This document shows, in pieces, positions 18,892 through 28,075 of a stretch of DNA of 55,310 nt (the first letter of the stretch is position 1; each line of letters opens with the position of its first letter). Under the pieces are notes generated by a model. That model was not told the DNA's origin. It did no database searches and worked only from the letters and a program-made list of their open reading frames with translations. Made by a program: the position numbers and the translations under genes. This DNA is from a virus (lineage: Duplodnaviria; Caudoviricetes): positions 1 to 55,310 of the IMG/VR virus record IMGVR_UViG_3300023097_000001; one strand, given 5' to 3'.

Positions 18892-19054
18892 GAAGGAGAA
18901 AAGATGTTCAAGCTCACCACTGCTCGTACGATCCTCGCGTGGATCGGCTTCGTTACTGTCGTGATCGTGTTCGGTGCTGCGGTTACCCAGGGTTGGGGTT
19001 TCGTGGCTCAGTACCTTCGTGAGATGGGTCTGGCCATCTAAGAAAGGAAGCACC

Positions 19055-19933
19055 ATCTATTCCCTCACTCAAAGCAAGAGGGCAAGAGGTGCGGGCGGGG
19101 AACCAATCCCCACTGGGTGGAAGAGTTTGGACAACGCGGGTATCGTGTTCCGCCGTGGTCAGCTAGTTCTGATCGCGGCGGGACCCGGTACCGCCAAGTC
19201 GGCTCTCACCTTGGCGTTGACTATCCAATCTGGGGTTCCCAGTATGATCTTCAGTGCTGACTCCGATGCCTTCACGCAGATGACACGTTCGATCTCCATG
19301 CTTACCGACATTCCTTTGACCAAGTCGACAGAGATGGTCCTAGAAGACAAAATCCCTGACGACGTAGCAGAGAACATGTCCGGGGTTCCGCTTCGTATTG
19401 ACTACGAGTCTTCTCCTAGTCCAGAAGACATTGAAGAGATCCTTGAAGCTTACTGGGAACTCTTCGGCGAATACCCCACGCTTATTGTCATCGACAACAT
19501 CACCAACGTCTCAGGCGTTGGCAACGTGGATGATGATTTCTCCGCAGGCCTCGAAGGCCTGATGGATTACCTACACTCAATGGCTCGTGAAACAGCAGCC
19601 TGTGTTATCGGACTGCACCACGTGAACGGGCCTTACAACGATGGCGACAAGCCAATCCCCTTGAGTGGGATCAAGGGTCAGATCGGACGAGTACCCGAGA
19701 TGATCCTGACCCTGCACAAGAGGAAGTTCGACGATGAGACCATGATCCTGTGTGTCTCCAAGGTCAAGGTGCGTGGGGGTCAACCAGACCCCTCGGGTAA
19801 CACCTGGGCTGAGTTGGAGTTCAAGGGATTCAAGATGTCCTTCCGAGATCCGGAACTCCAGGATATTCCTGCTCCGGAAATGGAGTGGGAAGACACCCAA
19901 CGCAGGCAGGAGGAAGAACTACAATGGGGCTGA
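19055..19933 (+). CDS. DnaB/RecA-like helicase, probable ATC start
   Basis: Walker A AGPGTAKS, FSADSD, Walker B IVIDN and LHHV; AGAAAGGAAG RBS precedes an in-frame ATC. Confidence 0.88.
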   Translation: MYSLTQSKRARGAGGEPIPTGWKSLDNAGIVFRRGQLVLIAAGPGTAKSALTLALTIQSGVPSMIFSADSDAFTQMTRSISMLTDIPLTKSTEMVLEDKIPDDVAENMSGVPLRIDYESSPSPEDIEEILEAYWELFGEYPTLIVIDNITNVSGVGNVDDDFSAGLEGLMDYLHSMARETAACVIGLHHVNGPYNDGDKPIPLSGIKGQIGRVPEMILTLHKRKFDDETMILCVSKVKVRGGQPDPSGNTWAELEFKGFKMSFRDPELQDIPAPEMEWEDTQRRQEEELQWG

Positions 19934-20467
19934 GGAAGGTCTCTGGGTATCTCCTCCTGTCTGCTGTGTTCGGTGGCTTCTTTGGTGCCATGTCTTACAA
20001 CATCGGGCTTGGTCCTGCGGTTGTGATCATAGGTACCGCAGCAGCGGCACTAGGGATAATGGAACTGGCTATCTACTTGATCTGGGAGGGTGACAATGGC
20101 TCAACCAAGCCTAAGGCTGAATGATCCCATCCTTATCTTGGGCACTGTCCACGGGTACTTTGACAGGTACATGGATGACCGTGACCACTTCGGTAGGATC
20201 ATGGTAGGAGTACCCAGCCTACGGGGTGGTGTTCCTGCGATCATCCCACGAGAGTGGGCGACCCCGAGAGAGGAGAAGGACGATGGTTAGGCGTGAGTAT
20301 GTGGACGTCTGCCCCGCTTGCCACACCGTGTACCGAGGGTACAAGGAGGCAACAGTGCAAAACCAAGCAGAGAACTGCGCCACGCGTTGTTCTCCCAAGG
20401 ATGAGTCCAACGAACCCTCTTTGGATGATGCCTTGAAGAAGGCACGAGAGGAACTAGGTGACTGGTA

Positions 20468-20989
20468 GTGGGCCGTGCAAGAAGGGCACGGAGCCCTGCG
20501 ACGAAGAAACCCTCTGCGAAGACGCAGAACGACTCCTCAACTACGACTGGTCCATCGAGTTCTTCTACCAAGCCATGCAAAGGGTGTGGCTCTACGACCA
20601 GGAAGCTCACGGCACCGGGGCCACGATGCGCGACATGCCACAGAGACCGCCGTACTACCGTCCAGTTAGCCCGCAGGCTGGCGTACGTGTCTAAGCAGTA
20701 TGGTTTGACCCCTGAGCAGTATCAGAAGCTTGTAGACGCTTGTAGGAAGAACTCCAAGGGTCAGCCAATCTGCTACATCTGTGATCGAAACCGGGGCAAC
20801 TGTGTGGATCACGACCATGCGTGTTGCCCCGGCAAGATCTCCTGCGGCAAGTGTGTCCGAGGACTGATCTGCAATCCCTGTAACAAGGGAGTGCTTGGTC
20901 ATTTCAGAGACGATGTCAAGTGTTTGATCCGTGCTATCACGTACATCAAATTTCCACCAGCCCAAATGCTCTTGAAGGAGGAAGCATGA
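20468..20989 (+). CDS. recombination endonuclease VII
   Basis: YGLT-x2-QY, CYIC, VDHDH and VRGLIC-x2-CN. Confidence 0.9.
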   Translation: MGRARRARSPATKKPSAKTQNDSSTTTGPSSSSTKPCKGCGSTTRKLTAPGPRCATCHRDRRTTVQLARRLAYVSKQYGLTPEQYQKLVDACRKNSKGQPICYICDRNRGNCVDHDHACCPGKISCGKCVRGLICNPCNKGVLGHFRDDVKCLIRAITYIKFPPAQMLLKEEA

Positions 20990-21480
20990 CCGGATACAAG
21001 CCCACTCAGTTGGTTCTGGACTGGGAGAAGGCATTGAGGAACCCGGAGTTGGAACAGACCACGGGTGCTTTGTGCAAGGTTGCAGATGGGCAGCGTTCCT
21101 ACTGCTGCCTGGGTGTGCTCCAGGAGGTGGCGGGTAACGTTGCCAGGCCGGACCCCATGGGCAACACCAACAACTGGAAGTACTACGGTGAAACCGCGTG
21201 GGGTGAGAGCGGACTGCCTGCTCTTGCGTTGACCCGACGCGTGACGGGTGAAGAAGGAGATCCCGACGAAGATATGTTCGAAGGGAACGTGCTGCTGGGT
21301 GTGGACTCCTACGGCATCCCCATGGAAGCAGCCGAACTCAACGATGATTACTACTGGACGTTCGAGATGATCGCGGACCAGGTTCGTAAGATCTACATCG
21401 AGGGCACCGGAAACCACAGGGACTACACCATCACGTCGGACGAGCTGTACTACCTGGAAGACGAAGACGATTGCGAGTGA
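20986..21480 (+). CDS. hypothetical protein (paralog of 4902-5441)
   Basis: ALR, GAL, YCCLGV and TFEMIAD. Confidence 0.75.
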   Translation: MTGYKPTQLVLDWEKALRNPELEQTTGALCKVADGQRSYCCLGVLQEVAGNVARPDPMGNTNNWKYYGETAWGESGLPALALTRRVTGEEGDPDEDMFEGNVLLGVDSYGIPMEAAELNDDYYWTFEMIADQVRKIYIEGTGNHRDYTITSDELYYLEDEDDCE

Positions 21481-21587
21481 CGTAGGGGGGGGGTGAGTGA
21501 ATGCCTAGGCAGTGTATCTTCGGTGGTGAGTGTATCGACGGGTGCGAGGTTGGCACCGAGGTAGACGAAGACACCGAAGAGTAAGCA

Positions 21588-21639
21588 GGGCGAAACGCCG
21601 GGAGGCGTCCACGGGTTGGTCCCGTGCCGATGAGCCCAA
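21588..21639 (+). ncRNA. type II hammerhead-ribozyme-like element (U4C core variant)
   Basis: GGGC-GAAA-CGCC[GGGA]GGCG-TC-CACGGG[TTGGT]CCCGTG-CCGATGA-GCCC: three stems and all core residues except U4. Confidence 0.75.
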
Positions 21640-21852
21640 GGAGGCAGCATGTTCGTCTTCATTTGTGCAGGGTGTCCACACGTTGACGACTGTGTCAACG
21701 GCAAGGAAGCTTGTATCAACCCTGATCCGGAGAAGAAGGAGGAAGAGTGAACTGCCCCAAGGGCGGTGAATGTCCTGATCCCGAAGCGTGCCAGCAAGGC
21801 GCACCATGTGAAGTAGTTGTCTACTGGACCGAAGTAATGAAGGAGCGACAGA

Positions 21853-22065
21853 ATGACGATCGATGATGGTAACGAGGCTCTGTCTGTCTTCTCTTCGTGG
21901 TTCGAAGAGGATCACCCTGCGGGATACCTCACTCGTGGTGAGGGGTACAACCACTCCTGGCAGTTCACCGTAGCCAGGGGTGTGGGAATACTGCGTGTGG
22001 TGATGGAAGATGTCAACACGCTGGACACTGCGGAGTTCGAATGGGAACTGATCCCCCGATCATAG
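21853..22065 (+). CDS. hypothetical protein
   Basis: GAAGGAG RBS. Confidence 0.6.
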   Translation: MTIDDGNEALSVFSSWFEEDHPAGYLTRGEGYNHSWQFTVARGVGILRVVMEDVNTLDTAEFEWELIPRS

Positions 22066-22415
22066 TCTTGCTGCGGAAGTGGTTCCCGGACTGGGAACCA
22101 CCCCGTGGTAATCGCGAATGGCTACCCTGTCTGTGCCCGTTTCATGCTGAGACACGGGCATCGGCTTCTGTATCCTTCACCAACAACGCATTCACCTGTC
22201 ATGGGTGTGCGATGAAGGGTGGAATTGTCAACCTGATCATGAGGAAGGAGGGATTGTCGTTTGCGGAAGCCCAGCGCTACGCAACTGAATTTCTTGATGG
22301 AAGCTACGTCCCGATACCACAAAAGCCTACCCGGAAGCCCAGCCGAAGAGTATTTGGAAAGGCGGGGGCTCAAGGGGGAAGAGCTAAAAAAGTACCGGCT
22401 TGGCGTGGTAAGTGA
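22041..22415 (+). CDS. DNA primase, CHC2 zinc-binding half
   Basis: CPFH-x5-S and F-x-CHGC-x3-GG; overlaps the TOPRIM half as in cluster A phages. Confidence 0.85.
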   Translation: MGTDPPIIVLLRKWFPDWEPPRGNREWLPCLCPFHAETRASASVSFTNNAFTCHGCAMKGGIVNLIMRKEGLSFAEAQRYATEFLDGSYVPIPQKPTRKPSRRVFGKAGAQGGRAKKVPAWRGK

Positions 22416-22920
22416 CCCACTGCCTGGTCATGACATGTACCGGGGATGGCTTGCCATTCCTTACTTGAGGTACAGTCCTGGTCAGGGTTGGTGTGTCATC
22501 ACCATGAGGTTCAGGTGCATCGAGAACCACGACCATGGTAAGCATGGAAAGTACATGGCTCACCCTGGGTCCGAGGTTCATGCTTTCAATACCATGTCGA
22601 TCCTGAAGACCGACGATGAGATCTGTATCTGTGAGGGCGAACTGGATGCTATTGCAGCCGAGTTGATCGGACTGCACGCTGTAGGTATTCCAGGTCGGGA
22701 GAACTGGAAGTCACACTTCCACCGGATGTTCCTCGGGTATGAGAAGGTATTCATCTTGGCCGATGGTGATCAGGCTGGTAAGGATTTCGCGTTTGATGTG
22801 ATGAAGACGCTGCCCCGTGGTCGCATCATCAACATGCCTGAGGGCAAAGACGTGAACTCCACCATCACTACCTTTGGTGCCGAAGCAGTACTGTCGAGAA
22901 TGGGGAAGAAGAATGCCTGA
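22261..22920 (+). CDS. DNA primase, TOPRIM half
   Basis: YL-x2-RG, IPY, ICEGELDA, DGDQAG and KDVN. Confidence 0.88.
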   Translation: MRKPSATQLNFLMEATSRYHKSLPGSPAEEYLERRGLKGEELKKYRLGVVSDPLPGHDMYRGWLAIPYLRYSPGQGWCVITMRFRCIENHDHGKHGKYMAHPGSEVHAFNTMSILKTDDEICICEGELDAIAAELIGLHAVGIPGRENWKSHFHRMFLGYEKVFILADGDQAGKDFAFDVMKTLPRGRIINMPEGKDVNSTITTFGAEAVLSRMGKKNA

Positions 22921-23161
22921 AGCAGTAATGGAAGCTCGTATCTCCATCACGTTCGACTGGGGTAATGTCTTCCTCACCGTGGCGGAAGCACGGGAGCTTC
23001 GTGACCAGTTGGACGACGCATTGCCACTCGAAGACGACGTGGTGTACAACAAGGGTGGGTCATTCGGGTTCGCCCCGGCCACCCAGAACGAAGAGGAGAA
23101 TGACTGTGAGTGAATACGGATTCGAAGCTACCAAGGCTGTTGGTAAGACCGTTGGTGATAA

Positions 23162-23902
23162 GTGAAGATCCTGACGCTGGATATCGAGACGGCCCCCAAC
23201 GGGGGCTGGGTCTTTGACCTCTGGAACCAGAACATCTCACTAGCACAGCTTCGAGAGAATGTGCGGGTCCTGTGTTTCGCTGCCAAGTGGTACGACGAAG
23301 ACAAGATTGTGTTCTTCTCCGAGTTCCATGATGGTGCTGATGTGATGATCCAGAACGCTTGGGATCTTCTGAACGAGGCGGACGCTGTTGTCACCTACAA
23401 CGGTGATGCGTTCGACCTCAAGCATTTCAACCGTGAGTTCTTCCTTCGGGAGATGGCTCCTCCGGCTCCTTACGAGAAGATCGATCTCTACAAGGCGGTC
23501 AAGTCACAGTTCAAGTTCGCCTCCAACAAGCTGGACCACGTCTCCGACCAGATCCAGATCGGTAAGAAGGTCAAGCACGCAGGGTTCGGATTGTGGATTC
23601 GTTGCATGAACAACGAAGCTTCTGCGTGGGAGGAGATGAAGACCTATAACATAGGGGATGTGGACCTAACGGAGAAGCTGTACAAGCGGCTTATCCCTTG
23701 GATCTCCAAGCACCCCAACATGGGTCTGTACGAGGAAGACACCGATGAGGACGTGTGCCCCAACTGCTCTAGTGTCAACCTTCAGCGTCGCGGATTCCGG
23801 CGGGTGGGGCTCTCTGAGTTCCAGCAATACCAGTGCCAAGACTGCTCGGCCTGGTCGCGGAGTGGCAAGGCCACGAACCGTGTCGACATCCGTCCCGCAT
23901 AG
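23162..23902 (+). CDS. DnaQ/RNase H-like 3'-5' exonuclease with C-terminal Zn ribbon
   Basis: DIET, YNG-x2-FD, YN-x2-DV, CPNC and CQDC. Confidence 0.85.
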   Translation: MKILTLDIETAPNGGWVFDLWNQNISLAQLRENVRVLCFAAKWYDEDKIVFFSEFHDGADVMIQNAWDLLNEADAVVTYNGDAFDLKHFNREFFLREMAPPAPYEKIDLYKAVKSQFKFASNKLDHVSDQIQIGKKVKHAGFGLWIRCMNNEASAWEEMKTYNIGDVDLTEKLYKRLIPWISKHPNMGLYEEDTDEDVCPNCSSVNLQRRGFRRVGLSEFQQYQCQDCSAWSRSGKATNRVDIRPA

Positions 23903-23916
23903 AAACGAGAACAACA

Positions 23917-24474
23917 ATGCACAACGATGATATCCCTAAGGAGTTCTACGACGCAGTAGAAACTGCGGCACGTGGGTCGGCTCGTAAGTGGCCGACCTTG
24001 GATTGGGAAGATGTCCGACAGGATGTTTGGGTATATCTTCTGGAACGACCCAATCAGTTGGATCAGCTTGTGGGAGAGGAAGATCCCTCAACCCAGCTTC
24101 GAAAGATCGCCGGACAGCAAGCGGCGATGGCGGCTGATGTCTACGAGTTCTTCTCTGGACAGTACGAGTATGGTACTGATGAGGTTCGTACTCTTCTGGA
24201 GATGGGTCTCATCACCAACCGAGAAGCAGCAACCCTGACTGAGTCCACGGATTTGTCTACAGGGATGCTGATGCTAAAGAGTTCCAACAAGAAGATGTTC
24301 GATGTGGTGGTCAACAAGTACGTCCACGGCATTGAGCCTAATCGCAGAGCAGATACCAGTGATGCTATCGACAAGCTGACGGTACTGATGAACCGGGCCA
24401 ACACCTCTGCAAGGTACGAAGATCACCAGGGACCGGGTGCAAGGACAGCCGGAGAATACCATGGCCGATCCTGA
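23917..24474 (+). CDS. sigma-factor-like / HTH regulator (cluster A type)
   Basis: WP-x4-EDV-x-QDVW-x2-LLE and Y-x-Y-x3-EVR; syntenic position. Confidence 0.55.
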   Translation: MHNDDIPKEFYDAVETAARGSARKWPTLDWEDVRQDVWVYLLERPNQLDQLVGEEDPSTQLRKIAGQQAAMAADVYEFFSGQYEYGTDEVRTLLEMGLITNREAATLTESTDLSTGMLMLKSSNKKMFDVVVNKYVHGIEPNRRADTSDAIDKLTVLMNRANTSARYEDHQGPGARTAGEYHGRS

Positions 24475-24585
24475 AGAAGTAGAAGATGAAGAGCAAGAAG
24501 ACTCACCTGTGGTTGCGACACAGGAGGAGTTGAACAAGAAGTACGGCTGGAACCGCTGACCATAACTAACAAAGGATGAAGCACA

Positions 24586-25122
24586 ATGGCTGTAAAGAAG
24601 AATGTGGACCCGTTCGAGACCGCCCCTTTTGACACCGAGCCTGACCAGAACGACACTGGTGGGGATGAGGCTCAGGCGGACATTGACTCCACGCCGGGTG
24701 TGGTGACCAAGACCAACCCGCTGGTAGTCGTTCCTCCTTCGGAGGGCAAGGTCACGGTCACCCTCAAGGGTGGCATTGGCTACAACGCGCCTTGGGTTGT
24801 GATCCACGGTGCGACTGTTGCTGATGCTCTGGAGCAGATCAACGACAAGGAGCTTGCGACGCTCCTGGAGCGCGCTCAGGCGGCTTCGAAGTACTTCGGT
24901 ATGTTCGGGGAAGCCAAGCCTGCTTCCACGACGCCTGCGGCTCCCTCAGGGCAGCCTACGGCGGCCACGCAGGCACCTGGTGGTCAGGTGAAGACCTGCC
25001 CTCACGGTGAGATGGTGTTCAAGTCTGGGGTTTCCCAGGGCACCGGTCGTGCGTGGAGTGGTTACTTCTGCCCAACGCCGAAGAACACTCCTGGACAGTG
25101 CAGCCCGCAGTTCAACAGGTAA
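24586..25122 (+). CDS. conserved replication-region protein with C-terminal C-x-H...C...C Zn motif
   Basis: TLKGG-x-GY-x-APWVVIH and CPHGEMVFKSG; resembles the cluster A gene near polA. Confidence 0.7.
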   Translation: MAVKKNVDPFETAPFDTEPDQNDTGGDEAQADIDSTPGVVTKTNPLVVVPPSEGKVTVTLKGGIGYNAPWVVIHGATVADALEQINDKELATLLERAQAASKYFGMFGEAKPASTTPAAPSGQPTAATQAPGGQVKTCPHGEMVFKSGVSQGTGRAWSGYFCPTPKNTPGQCSPQFNR

Positions 25123-25128
25123 CAACCC

Positions 25129-25156
25129 GGAGGGGGACCTTCGGGTCCCCCTCTTA
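25129..25156 (+). terminator. intrinsic terminator-like hairpin
   Basis: GAGGGGGACC-TTCG-GGTCCCCCTC followed by TT. Confidence 0.65.
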
Positions 25157-25168
25157 GAGGGGCGTGTC

Positions 25169-25840
25169 ATGAGAGAAAACATCAGTGTGCTTATCCCCTG
25201 GCGGGGAGGTGACCCCCAGAGAGAACGAGTCTGGGAGTTCATCAAGCAGCAGTGGCTAGACCTTGGAGTGGAACTCTGTGTTGGGGTTGATGATCCTGGT
25301 GCACCGTTCAACTGTTCTCGTGCTTTGAACCGTGCGTTCAAGCTGTCCACCAAGTCAGTCCTCATGCAATTCGGGGCCGACTGTATCCCGTCTGTCGACG
25401 CTATTGACGATGCCTACAGGGCATTGACGGAAGGGGGTCAGCAGTGGATTCCCTTGTATGACCGCACGGAGTACTTCAACGAGTACGCATCCATGGAAAT
25501 CATGCGGGGAATGCCGATGGTTACCCAGACCATTGACCCACTGCTTTCGGTGCCGTTCCAGACAGGTGTTCTCGGGTTCACCCGAGACGCTTTCATGGAG
25601 TCGGGTGGGTCTGACGAAAGGTTCTCGGGTTGGGGAGGTGAAGACGCAGCCTTCCGTATGGTGTTGTACCGGCTTTATGGCGAGGTTCTTCCTCTTCCCT
25701 ACACCTTGAGGTGTTTGTGGCACAATGGATCTCACAGGGTCCTGCCTCAACACAACCTGGATCTGTGTCGGGAGTACGAGGCTGTACAAAATCGAGCACA
25801 AATGCTCGATCTCATCGCCAGGAGAGGGTACTACGTCTAG
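25169..25840 (+). CDS. glycosyltransferase, GT-A fold (GT2/GT7-like)
   Basis: VLIPWR, FN-x-SRALN, GAD and GG-x-DERFSGWGGED. Confidence 0.85.
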   Translation: MRENISVLIPWRGGDPQRERVWEFIKQQWLDLGVELCVGVDDPGAPFNCSRALNRAFKLSTKSVLMQFGADCIPSVDAIDDAYRALTEGGQQWIPLYDRTEYFNEYASMEIMRGMPMVTQTIDPLLSVPFQTGVLGFTRDAFMESGGSDERFSGWGGEDAAFRMVLYRLYGEVLPLPYTLRCLWHNGSHRVLPQHNLDLCREYEAVQNRAQMLDLIARRGYYV

Positions 25841-25855
25841 GAAGTCAGGAACGGA

Positions 25856-27664
25856 ATGCAAACATGGACACTTCATGTCAGGGGTGATCCGGTCAAGATT
25901 CACCGTGTCGAATCTCCGGAAGACCTGGAACTGTTTAAGGAATTTGTTCGGAAGAACATCAAGGTCTTGGCGTTTGACACGGAGACCACAGGGCTCGATA
26001 TTTACTCCAGATCGTATCGGCTACGCCTAGTCCAGTTCGGTAACCAGCACGAAGCGTGGGTTATCCCGGTTGAACTAGGTGATCCGTACCTGACCGTGGT
26101 TGCTCAAACACTGATAGCAGTGGAGAAGATCGTCGGCAAGAACTTGTCGTTCGACTTCAAGGTTATCAACCGGTGTATGGGTATTCCCATGGAGAAGTTG
26201 TGGCCCAAGGCCATCGACACAGAAATTCAGGCCAAGCTCATCGATCCCCGTGCCCCTGAGAAGGGCGGGATTGGTGTCTCCCTGGAAGATCTGGTTCGAC
26301 AGTACTTGGACCCAGACTTGGCAGACAATGTCAAGGGTCTGATGAGTAAGTTGGCCAAGGAACACAAGACCACCAAGGCAAAAATCTTCGAGAAGATCAG
26401 CCTGGACCACCCGGAATACAACATCTATGCGGGGATGGACACCATCTTCCCGGCTCGGATTGTTGGTATTCAGGCCAAGTTGATTCCTGTGTCGTCGGCA
26501 CAACTCCTGGGCTTCGAACACGAGATCGCAGAGGTCTGCTCGTACATGGATCGTGGGGGCTTCCTCCTTGATCTGGAGTACACGCAGAAACTCTCGATGG
26601 AACTGCACGAGGAAGAGGAGAAGTACACGGAGATCGCACGTGGCTTCGGCTGCGAGAATGTGAACTCCACGGCTCAGGTTGCTGAGGTGCTGTTGCATCG
26701 TGGTGTCAAGCTAAAGGATCGAACTCCAACCGGCAAGCTCCAGGTGTCCAAGACGATCCTGGATAAGCTCGTCAAGGAGAACGACCCGTTTGCCATCGCG
26801 GTACAGCGCGCCAAGAAGGCGCTCAAGTGGCGAACCACATGGGTGGATGGGTTCCTGAACAACATGGACGACGAAGGTAGGTGCCACGCATCTATCAACA
26901 CGCTCCAGGCTCGAACTGGGCGTATGTCCATCACGGGAATCCCGGCTCAGACGCTCCCTGCGTCTGACTTCACCATCCGGAAGTGCTTCGTAGCCGAAGA
27001 GGGTCATTCGCTCGTCAGCGTGGACTACAAGGGGCAGGAACTACGTGTCCTGGCAGCCCTGAGTGGTGACGAGACGATGATTCAGGCCTTTGCCAACGAC
27101 TGGAACCTTCACCTCATGACCGCCAAGGCTGCTTTTGGTGATCACGTGGAGAAGGACACCAAGGAGTACAAGGCAGGAAAGATCACCAACTTCGCACGTG
27201 TGTTTGGTGGTGGTGCCAGGGTTGTTGCGGAACAAACTGGCCTCTCATTCGTACAAGCGAAGAAGGTTGTCGAGGCATTCGACAAGCGGTATCCCGGTGT
27301 AACCCGATACGCGGATAAGCTAGCCAAGATTGCTGAACGCGATGGGTTTATCGTAACCCACTTTGGTCGACACCTCCCGGTCGATCCCGACCGTGCCTAT
27401 TCCGCCTTGAACTACATGGTCCAGTCCAGCTCCAGGGACATCACGTGTCGGGGAATCCTGAGGGCATACCGTGCGGGCTTCGGTCCCTACATGCGCCTTC
27501 CGATTCACGATGAACTTCTGTTGTCCATGCCCACTAATCGAGCGCAGTGGGGTGCCAACGAAGTTGCACGACACATGTCAGAAAAGCTAGGGGTTGTCTT
27601 CATTGATACCGACGCTGAGGTTGGGCGTAGGTCTTGGGGCAGCTTGTACGGAGACGTCGATTAG
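25856..27664 (+). CDS. polA: DNA polymerase family A (3'-5' exonuclease plus polymerase)
   Basis: DTETTG, RTGRMS, DYKGQELR, motif B K-x2-NF-x3-FG, NY-x-VQ and IHDE. Confidence 0.96.
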   Translation: MQTWTLHVRGDPVKIHRVESPEDLELFKEFVRKNIKVLAFDTETTGLDIYSRSYRLRLVQFGNQHEAWVIPVELGDPYLTVVAQTLIAVEKIVGKNLSFDFKVINRCMGIPMEKLWPKAIDTEIQAKLIDPRAPEKGGIGVSLEDLVRQYLDPDLADNVKGLMSKLAKEHKTTKAKIFEKISLDHPEYNIYAGMDTIFPARIVGIQAKLIPVSSAQLLGFEHEIAEVCSYMDRGGFLLDLEYTQKLSMELHEEEEKYTEIARGFGCENVNSTAQVAEVLLHRGVKLKDRTPTGKLQVSKTILDKLVKENDPFAIAVQRAKKALKWRTTWVDGFLNNMDDEGRCHASINTLQARTGRMSITGIPAQTLPASDFTIRKCFVAEEGHSLVSVDYKGQELRVLAALSGDETMIQAFANDWNLHLMTAKAAFGDHVEKDTKEYKAGKITNFARVFGGGARVVAEQTGLSFVQAKKVVEAFDKRYPGVTRYADKLAKIAERDGFIVTHFGRHLPVDPDRAYSALNYMVQSSSRDITCRGILRAYRAGFGPYMRLPIHDELLLSMPTNRAQWGANEVARHMSEKLGVVFIDTDAEVGRRSWGSLYGDVD

Positions 27665-27691
27665 AGTCCGGGGCTTCGGCCCCGGCTCTTT
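27663..27691 (+). terminator. intrinsic terminator
   Basis: GC-rich hairpin with a TTCG loop followed by TCTTT. Confidence 0.6.
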
Positions 27692-27853
27692 CCAAAGGAG
27701 GAACAGTGCCTAATCTGAGACTTCTGAGCTGGGACGATACGGTAGAAGAAGCTACACGAAACCACAGAGCGTGGCAGCTAGCCCGCAACGAGCTAGACTT
27801 TCAGGAGGCGCTACTCTGGTACCTCCGAGCCATCGCAATTAAGGGAGAAACAC

Positions 27854-28075
27854 ATGAATGACACCGTAGTGACGCTGGAAGACTACACGGGTAAGTTCCC
27901 GGAGATTGCCGAGATGATCCGGGAGAACCTGGATGACTACGGCAAGGAGCTTGACGACAAGAACCCCGAAGATGCCATGGGAAAGGTCATGACCATCATG
28001 GTGGACATCGGCAAGATGCACGCACTCCAGGCGATTGCCCTGGGTATCCAGAAGCTTGCGAACAAGGAGAACTGA
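27854..28075 (+). CDS. hypothetical protein
   Basis: GGGAG RBS; helical. Confidence 0.65.
   Translation: MNDTVVTLEDYTGKFPEIAEMIRENLDDYGKELDDKNPEDAMGKVMTIMVDIGKMHALQAIALGIQKLANKEN

Noticed and set aside
21485-21493. G9 homopolymer as a phase-variation switch
   Set aside because: It is intergenic and may simply act as an RBS or be a homopolymer error; there is no evidence without reads.
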